A stretch of 64,000 nt of DNA from an uncultured Planctomycetales bacterium (GTDB lineage Bacteria > Omnitrophota > Gorgyraeia > Zapsychrales > Fredricksoniimonadaceae). Made by a program: the position numbers and the translations under genes. The notes under the pieces were generated by a model. That model saw only the letters and a program-made list of their open reading frames with translations, was not told the DNA's origin and did no database searches. Shown here one piece after another: positions 52,101 through 61,100 of the stretch (positions within the stretch are counted from its first letter, which is position 1; every line of letters begins with the position of its first letter). The stretch spans positions 718,290 to 782,289 of the forward strand of contig CAZNDZ010000001.1 in assembly GCA_964572155.1 (NCBI GenBank), read 5' to 3'.

Positions 52101-55100
52101 CAACTGGAGTGATTTCGGGGTCATGTCAAAGACAGGCGTTAACTGGTATGACTTAAATGTCTTATCAAGGGTTGGCGTTAATTGGTATGACATGAATGTA
52201 CTGACTCGTAATAGCATCAACTGGAACAGCATTGCATCCTTAAGCTTAAATGGCATCAATTGGTCTAACTTCACAGTGATGTCACGCGCAGGTGTTAACT
52301 GGGTAGATTTAGGTGTCTTGTCTACATCATCTGTCAATTGGACAGGGATGAATGTCCTGTCTAATGCCAGCGTCAACTGGATCGGTATCGCTGATTTATC
52401 TCATACCAATGTTAACTGGGCTGCGTTACAAGATATTTCTTCCGCAAATGTTAACTGGGAAGGTATCGGTGTCTTAAGTAATTCTGGCGTTAATTGGAGC
52501 GACATCACGGTCTTAAGTAAGAACGGCATTAACTGGAGCGACCTATCTGTATTAGGTAGAACGGGCATCAATTGGAATGATATTGGTGTTGTTTCTAAGA
52601 CAGGCATCAATTGGAACGATTTGAATATCTTAAGCAAGACAGGCATCAATTGGTATGACATGAATCGTCTTTCTAACACAGGCATTAACTGGAATGATAT
52701 CGGCGTGTTAAGTAAGAACGGCGTTAACTGGAATGATTTCAATGTCATTAGTAAAGTTGGTATCAATTGGAGCGATTTAGGTGTGTTAGGCAAGACAGGC
52801 ATCAATTGGTATGACATGAATGTCTTGTCTAAGACAAATATCAATTGGAGCGATTTAAATGTCTTAACCAAGACAGGTATCAATTGGTATGACATGAACA
52901 TCTTGAGCAAGACCGGCATCAATTGGTATGACATGAATGTCTTAAGCAAGACAGGCATCAATTGGAATGACTTTGGTGTGTTATCGAAGAATGGCATTAA
53001 TTGGAATGACATGGGCGTCTTAACTAAAGTTGGCATCAATTGGAGCGACTTCAATGTTCTCTCTAATTCAGGGGTCAATTGGTATGACATGAATGTCTTA
53101 ACCAAGTCAGGTGTTAATTGGTATGACTTAAATGTCTTATCTAAGAATGGCATTAACTGGAATGATTTTGGTGTCTTGTCAAAGGTTGGCATCAACTGGA
53201 ATGACTTTAACGTCTTAAGCAAGAGCAATATCAATTGGTATGATTTCAACGTCTTAAGCAAGGTCGGCGTTAATTGGAGAGACTTAGGGATCTTAACCAA
53301 GTCCTCAATCAATTGGCAAGGATTGAACGACTTATCAAATTCAGGTGTCAACTGGACAAACTTAAGCATCTTAAGTGCTGCGTCCGTTAACTGGAGCGAT
53401 TTTGGAACATTAAGTAAAGCTGGCGTTAACTGGAATGATTTAGGTGTCTTAAGTAGAACAGGTGTTAATTGGAGCGATTGGGGCGTTTTAACTAAGACTG
53501 GTATAAATTGGAGTGACTTAAATGTCTTAAGCCGTACAGGATTAAATTGGAATGACATCGGTGTCTTAAGTAAAGTTGGCGTGAATTGGAGTGATTTGAA
53601 TGTTGTCAGCCGCACAGGTGTCAACTGGAATGATTTTGGTGTGCTCTCAAAGACAGGCATTAACTGGGGCGATTTAGGTGTGTTATCTAAGACAGGTGTT
53701 AACTGGTATGACATTAATGTCTTAAGCAAAAATAATATCAACTGGAATGACATTGGCGTATTAGCCAAGGCTGGCATTAACTGGTATGACTTCAACATTT
53801 TAAGCAAAGCTGGCGTCAACTGGTATGACTTAAATGTCTTAGGCAAATCTGGCATCAATTGGTATGACATGAATGTTTTAACCAAGACAGGTATCAATTG
53901 GAACGATTTAGGTGTATTGGCAAAAGCTGGCATCAATTGGAGCGACATGAATGTCATGAGCCGCACCGGCGTAAACTGGGGCGATTTAAACCGCATGAGC
54001 AGCTTGGGCGTTAATTGGGCAGACTTAAATCGCATGAGCGGCATTGGTGTCAACTGGCAAGATATCTCGGTATTAAGTAAGAATGGCATCAACTGGAATG
54101 ACTTCGGTGTCTTAAGCAAGACAGGTATTAATTGGAATGACATTGGCGTGTTATCGAACACAAGCATCAATTGGTATGACTTTAACGTCTTAAGCAAGAC
54201 CGGCATCAACTGGAATGATTTAGGTGTGATTTCCAAGACCGGCATCAACTGGAGTGATATCGGTGTCTTAGCAAAGACGGGCATCAACTGGAATGATATT
54301 AATGTGGTCAGCCGCACCAATATCAACTGGAGTGATTTTACAGTCTTAAGCAAAACAGGTATTAATTGGAATGATATCAGCCGCTTATCTACCGTCGGTG
54401 TAAATTGGAACGATATTGGTGTGTTATCAAAGAATGGTATCAACTGGAACGACTTAAATGTCTTAAGTAAAACAGGCATCAACTGGAATGACTTTGGTGT
54501 GATGTCAAAGGTTGGCGTCAACTGGTACGACATGAATGTCTTAAGTCGCACCGGCATTAACTGGAATGACGTAAATACATTAACCCGCAACGGCATCAAC
54601 TGGAAAGATTTGAGTGTCTTTAGCAATGCCGCGATCAACTGGCAAGGTTTGAATGACTTGTCGAACTCTGGTGTTAACTGGACCAACTTAAGTATCTTGA
54701 GCTCAGCGTCGGTTAACTGGAGTGATTTAGGCGCATTAAGTAAAGCCGGCGTTAACTGGAATGACTTTGGTGTCTTAAGCAAAACAGGCGTCAACTGGAG
54801 CGATTTAGGTATCTTAAGCAAGACAGGCATCAATTGGTATGACATGAATGTCTTATCAAAGACTGGTATCAACTGGTATGACTTCAACGTCTTAAGCCGT
54901 GCCGGCGTCAATTGGGGTGACTTGAATGTTGTTAGCCGCACTGGCGTTAACTGGAATGACTTCGGAGTTCTCTCTAAGACGGGTATTAACTGGAATGATT
55001 TAGGTGTCTTGTCAAAGACAGGTGTCAATTGGTATGACTTCAATGTCTTAAGCCGTGCTGGTGTTAATTGGGGCGATATGAATGTGATCAGTCGCACCGG

Positions 55101-58100
55101 CATCAACTGGAATGACTTTGGCGTCTTATCAAAGGCTGGCGTTAACTGGCAAGATTTCAATGTGGTCAGCCGCGCAAACATTAATTGGTATGATTACAAT
55201 GTCTTAAGCAAAGCTGGTATCAACTGGAATGATTTCAATGTCCTTTCTAAGGCTGGCGTCAACTGGTATGACTTAAATGTGTTGGGCAAGTCTGGCATCA
55301 ATTGGTATGACATGAATGTTTTAACCAAGACAGGTATCAATTGGAACGATTTAGGTGTATTGGCAAAAGCTGGCATCAATTGGAGCGACATGAATGTCAT
55401 GAGCCGCACCGGCGTAAACTGGGGCGATTTAAACCGCATGAGCAGCTTGGGCGTTAATTGGGCAGACTTAAATCGCATGAGCGGCATTGGTGTCAACTGG
55501 CAAGATATCTCGGTATTAAGTAAGAATGGCATCAACTGGAATGACTTCGGTGTCTTAAGCAAGACCGGTATTAACTGGAATGACATTGGTGTCTTAGCCA
55601 AGACAGGTATTAATTGGTATGACTTCAACGTCTTAAGCAAGACCGGCATCAACTGGAATGATTTAGGTGTGGTCTCCAAGACGGGCATCAATTGGAGCGA
55701 TATCGGTGTCTTAGCAAAGACAGGCATCAACTGGAATGACATTAATGTGGTAAGCCGTGCAAATATCAACTGGTATGACTTTAACGTCTTAAGCAAGACA
55801 GGCATCAATTGGAATGACATGAGCCGCTTGTCAACAGTTGGTATCAACTGGAATGACATTGGTGTGTTGTCGAAGAATGGCATCAACTGGAACGACTTAA
55901 ATGTCTTAAGCAAAACAGGCATCAACTGGTATGACTTCAATCGTCTCTCTAATACAGGCATCAATTGGAGCGACATGAATGTCTTGAGCCGCACAGGTAT
56001 CAATTGGAATGATTTCAATGTCTTAAGCAAGACAGGTGTTAACTGGAGAGATTTGAGCGTCTTTAGTAATGCCGCGATCAACTGGCAAGGTTTGAATGAC
56101 TTATCAAATTCTGGTGTTAACTGGACTAATTTAAGTATCTTGAGTGCAGCGTCTGTCAACTGGAGTGACTTAGGTGCATTAAGTAAAGCAGGCGTTAACT
56201 GGAATGACTTTGGTGTCTTAAGCAAAACAGGCATCAACTGGAGCGATTTAGGTATCTTAAGCAAGACAGGCATCAATTGGTATGACATGAATGTCTTATC
56301 AAAGACTGGTATCAACTGGTATGACTTCAACGTCTTAAGCCGTGCCGGCGTCAATTGGGGTGACTTGAATGTTGTTAGCCGCACTGGCGTTAACTGGAAT
56401 GACTTCGGAGTTCTCTCTAAGACGGGTATTAACTGGAATGATTTAGGTGTCTTGTCAAAGACAGGTGTCAATTGGTATGACTTCAATGTCTTAAGCCGTG
56501 CTGGTGTTAATTGGGGCGATATGAATGTGATCAGTCGCACCGGCATCAACTGGAATGACTTTGGCGTCTTATCAAAGGCTGGCGTTAACTGGCAAGATTT
56601 CAATGTGGTCAGCCGCGCAAACATTAATTGGTATGATTACAATGTCTTAAGCAAAGCTGGTATCAACTGGAATGATTTCAATGTCCTTTCTAAGGCTGGC
56701 GTCAACTGGTATGACTTAAATGTGTTGGGCAAGTCTGGCATCAATTGGTATGACATGAATGTTTTAACCAAGACAGGTATCAATTGGAACGATTTAGGTG
56801 TATTGGCAAAAGCTGGCATCAATTGGAGCGACATGAATGTCATGAGCCGCACCGGCGTAAACTGGGGCGATTTAAACCGCATGAGCAGCTTGGGCGTTAA
56901 TTGGGCAGACTTAAATCGCATGAGCGGCATTGGTGTCAACTGGCAAGATATCTCGGTATTAAGTAAGAATGGCATCAACTGGAATGACTTCGGTGTCTTA
57001 AGCAAGACCGGTATTAACTGGAATGACATTGGTGTCTTAGCCAAGACAGGTATTAATTGGTATGACTTCAACGTCTTAAGCAAGACCGGCATCAACTGGA
57101 ATGATTTAGGTGTGGTCTCCAAGACGGGCATCAATTGGAGCGATATCGGTGTCTTAGCAAAGACAGGCATCAACTGGAATGACATTAATGTGGTAAGCCG
57201 TGCAAATATCAACTGGTATGACTTTAACGTCTTAAGCAAGACAGGCATCAACTGGAATGACATGAGCCGCTTGTCAACGGTTGGCATCAACTGGAATGAT
57301 ATCGGTGTCTTAGCCAAGACTGGTATTAATTGGAACGACTTAAATGTCTTAACCAAGACAGGCATCAATTGGAATGACTTTGGTGTGTTGTCAAAGGTTG
57401 GCGTTAATTGGAATGACTTAAATGTCTTAAGCCGCACTGGCATCAATTGGAATGACGTTAATACGTTAACACGCAATGGTATTAACTGGAGAGATTTGAG
57501 CGTCTTTAGTAATGCCGCGATCAACTGGCAAGGTTTGAATGACTTATCAAATTCTGGTGTTAACTGGACTAATTTAAGTATCTTGAGTGCAGCGTCTGTC
57601 AACTGGAGTGACTTAGGTGCATTAAGTAAAGCAGGCGTTAACTGGAATGACTTTGGTGTCTTAAGCAAAACAGGCATCAACTGGAGCGATTTAGGTATCT
57701 TAAGCAAGACAGGCATCAATTGGTATGACATGAATGTCTTATCAAAGACTGGTATCAACTGGTATGACTTCAACGTCTTAAGCCGTGCCGGCGTCAATTG
57801 GGGTGACTTGAATGTTGTTAGCCGCACTGGCGTTAACTGGAATGACTTCGGAGTTCTCTCTAAGACGGGCATTAACTGGAATGACTTAGGTGTGTTAAGT
57901 AAGAATGGTGTCAATTGGTATGATTTCAATGTCTTAAGCAAGTCTGGCATCAATTGGAACGATATGAATGTCTTAACCAAGACTGGTATCAACTGGTATG
58001 ACATGAATGTCTTGAGCAAATCTGGCGTTAACTGGTCTGACCTAAATGTATTAACCAAGACAGGCATCAATTGGTATGATTTCAATGTCCTAAGCAAGGC

Positions 58101-61100
58101 TGGCATCAATTGGAATGATTTTGGTACATTGACCAAGACGGGTATCAATTGGTATGACTTTAACATCTTAAGTAAGACAGGCATTAACTGGAATAACTTT
58201 GGTGTCTTAAGTAAGGTTGGTATTAATTGGAATGACATGTCGGTGATGAGCCGTGCTAGCGTCAACTGGGCTGATTTAAATAGCATGAGCAGCTTGGGCG
58301 TCAATTGGGCTGATCTTAATCGCATGAGCTCAATCGGTGTTAATTGGAATGACATCGGTGTCTTAAGCAAGACAGGTATCAACTGGAATGATTTTGGAGT
58401 CATCTCTAAGACAGGTATTAACTGGAATGACTTTGGTGTGTTGACCAAGGTTGGTGTTAACTGGAACGATTTAGGCGTGCTTGCCAAGACAGGTATCAAT
58501 TGGAGCGATTTCAATGTCTTAACCAAGACAGGTATTAATTGGAGTGATTTAGGTGTCTTAGCCAAAACAGGTGTCAATTGGAACGATATTGGCGTCTTAG
58601 CCAAGACAGGTATTAATTGGAATGACTTAAATGTCTTAAGCCGTACTAATATTAACTGGAGTGATTTCGGGGTCTTAAGCAAGAATGGCATTAACTGGTA
58701 TGACATGAATGTCTTATCTCGTGCAGGTATCAACTGGAATGACATTGGTGTGTTGGCCAAGACAGGTGTCAATTGGAATGACTTTGGTGTCTTAAGCAAG
58801 ACAGGCATCAACTGGAATGATTTAGGTGTCTTAGCTAAGGCAAGCATTAATTGGAGCGACATCGGCGTCTTAAGTAAGACAGGTGTTAACTGGAATGACT
58901 TAAATGTCATTAGCCGCACAGGTGTCAATTGGAATGACTTTGGTGTCTTGTCAAAGGTCGGCGTCAATTGGAATGACTTAAATGTCTTAAGCCAATCCAG
59001 TATTAACTGGCAAGATTTCAATGTCTTAAGCAAGACAGGCGTTAATTGGAGAGATTTAGGCGTACTAACCAAGTCTTCTATTAACTGGCAAGGTTTAAAT
59101 GACTTAACCAACTCTGGTGTAAACTGGACTAACTTAAGTATCTTAAGTGCAGCGTCGGTAAACTGGAGCGACCTAGGTGCATTAAGTAAGGCTGGCGTAA
59201 ACTGGAATGACTTTGGTGTTCTTTCAAAGAATGGCATCAATTGGAACGACATGAATGTCATGAGCCGCACCGGTGTAAACTGGTCAGATTTAAATCGCAT
59301 GAGCAGCTTGGGTGTCAATTGGGCAGATTTGAACAAGATGAGTTCCATCGGTGTCAATTGGCAAGACATTGGCGTCTTGAGCACAACGGGCATTAATTGG
59401 CATGACTTTGGTGTCTTAAGTAAGACTGGTATTAATTGGAATGATTTTGGAGTCATCGGTAAGATGGGTATCAATTGGTCAGATTTTACGGTGCTCTCCA
59501 AGGTTGGTATTAATTGGAACGACATGAGCGTATTAAGCAAGAACGGCATTAACTGGAATGATATTGGTGTCTTAGCAAAAACAGGCATCAACTGGAATGA
59601 CCTCAATGTGATTAGCCGCACCAATGTTAATTGGAGCGATATCGGCGTCTTAAGTAAGACTGGTTTAAATTGGAATGACTTAAATGTCTTAACCCGTACA
59701 GGTATCAATTGGAGTGACTTTGGGGTGTTAGCTAAGACAGGCGTCAACTGGAATGACTTAGGTGTCTTGAGCAAAACGGGTGTTAATTGGAACGACATCG
59801 GTGTCTTAGCAAAGACAGGCATCAACTGGAATGACTTTGGTGTCTTAAGCAAGACAGGTATTAATTGGAATGATTTCGGTGTGTTGGCCAAGTCAGGCAT
59901 CAACTGGAATGATTTTGGTGTGATGACAAAAACAGGTTTAAATTGGAATGACTTAAATGTCCTAACTAGAACTGGCATTAATTGGTATGACATGAATCGT
60001 CTCTCTAATACAGGCATCAACTGGAATGATATGGCACGCTTGTCAACGGTTGGCATCAACTGGAATGATATCGGTGTCTTGGCAAAGACAGGTATCAACT
60101 GGAATGACTTAAATGTCTTAAGCAAGACAGCGATCAACTGGAATGATATCGGTGTCTTAAGCAAGAATGGTATCAATTGGAGCGACATGAATGTCTTAAG
60201 TCGCACAGGTATTAATTGGAATGATTTCAATGTCTTAAGTCGCGTTGCTGTCAACTGGAGAGATATGAGTGTATTAAGCAATGCATCCATTAACTGGAGA
60301 GGCTTAAATGACTTATCAAATTCAGGTGTTAATTGGACTAACTTAAGCATCTTAAGTGCTGCCGCTGTTAACTGGAGTGATTTTGGTGCCTTAAGTAAAG
60401 CTGGTGTCAACTGGAATAACTTAGGTGTAATGAGCACCGTTGGTATTAATTGGAATGATTTTAGCAAGTTGTCTCAGACGGGTATTAATTGGAATGACTT
60501 AAATGTTTTGTCTAAGTCTGGTATCAACTGGTCTGGTATTGATGTGTTATCTAGTGCTGGTGTTAACTGGCAAAACTTTGGGGTATTAACCAATGCTGGC
60601 GTCAATTGGACCAATATGAGTTTATTGTCAGCCTCGGCGATCAATTGGACGGATTTAGGTGTCATGACCACCATTGGCGTCAATTGGAATGATATTCAAG
60701 CGTTGACGACAAAGGGCGTGAATTGGAATGATTTCGGTGTCTTAAGTAAGGTTGGTATTAATTGGAACGACATGAGCGTCTTGGCTCGCACAGGTATCAA
60801 CTGGAACGATTTCAATGTCTTAAGCCGTAACGGCATCAATTGGTACGACATGAATCGTCTTTCTAATACAGGTATCAACTGGAATGATATTAGCGTGTTG
60901 GCTCGCACGGGCATCAACTGGAATGACCTAGGTGTGGTTTCCAAGACGGGCATTAATTGGAATGACTTTGGTGTCTTAAGCAAGAACGGCATCAACTGGA
61001 ATGATTTAGGGGTCTTGTCAAAGACAGGTCTTAACTGGAGTGATTTCGCGGTGATGGGTAAGACAGGTATTAATTGGAATGATTTGGGCGTATTATCTAA

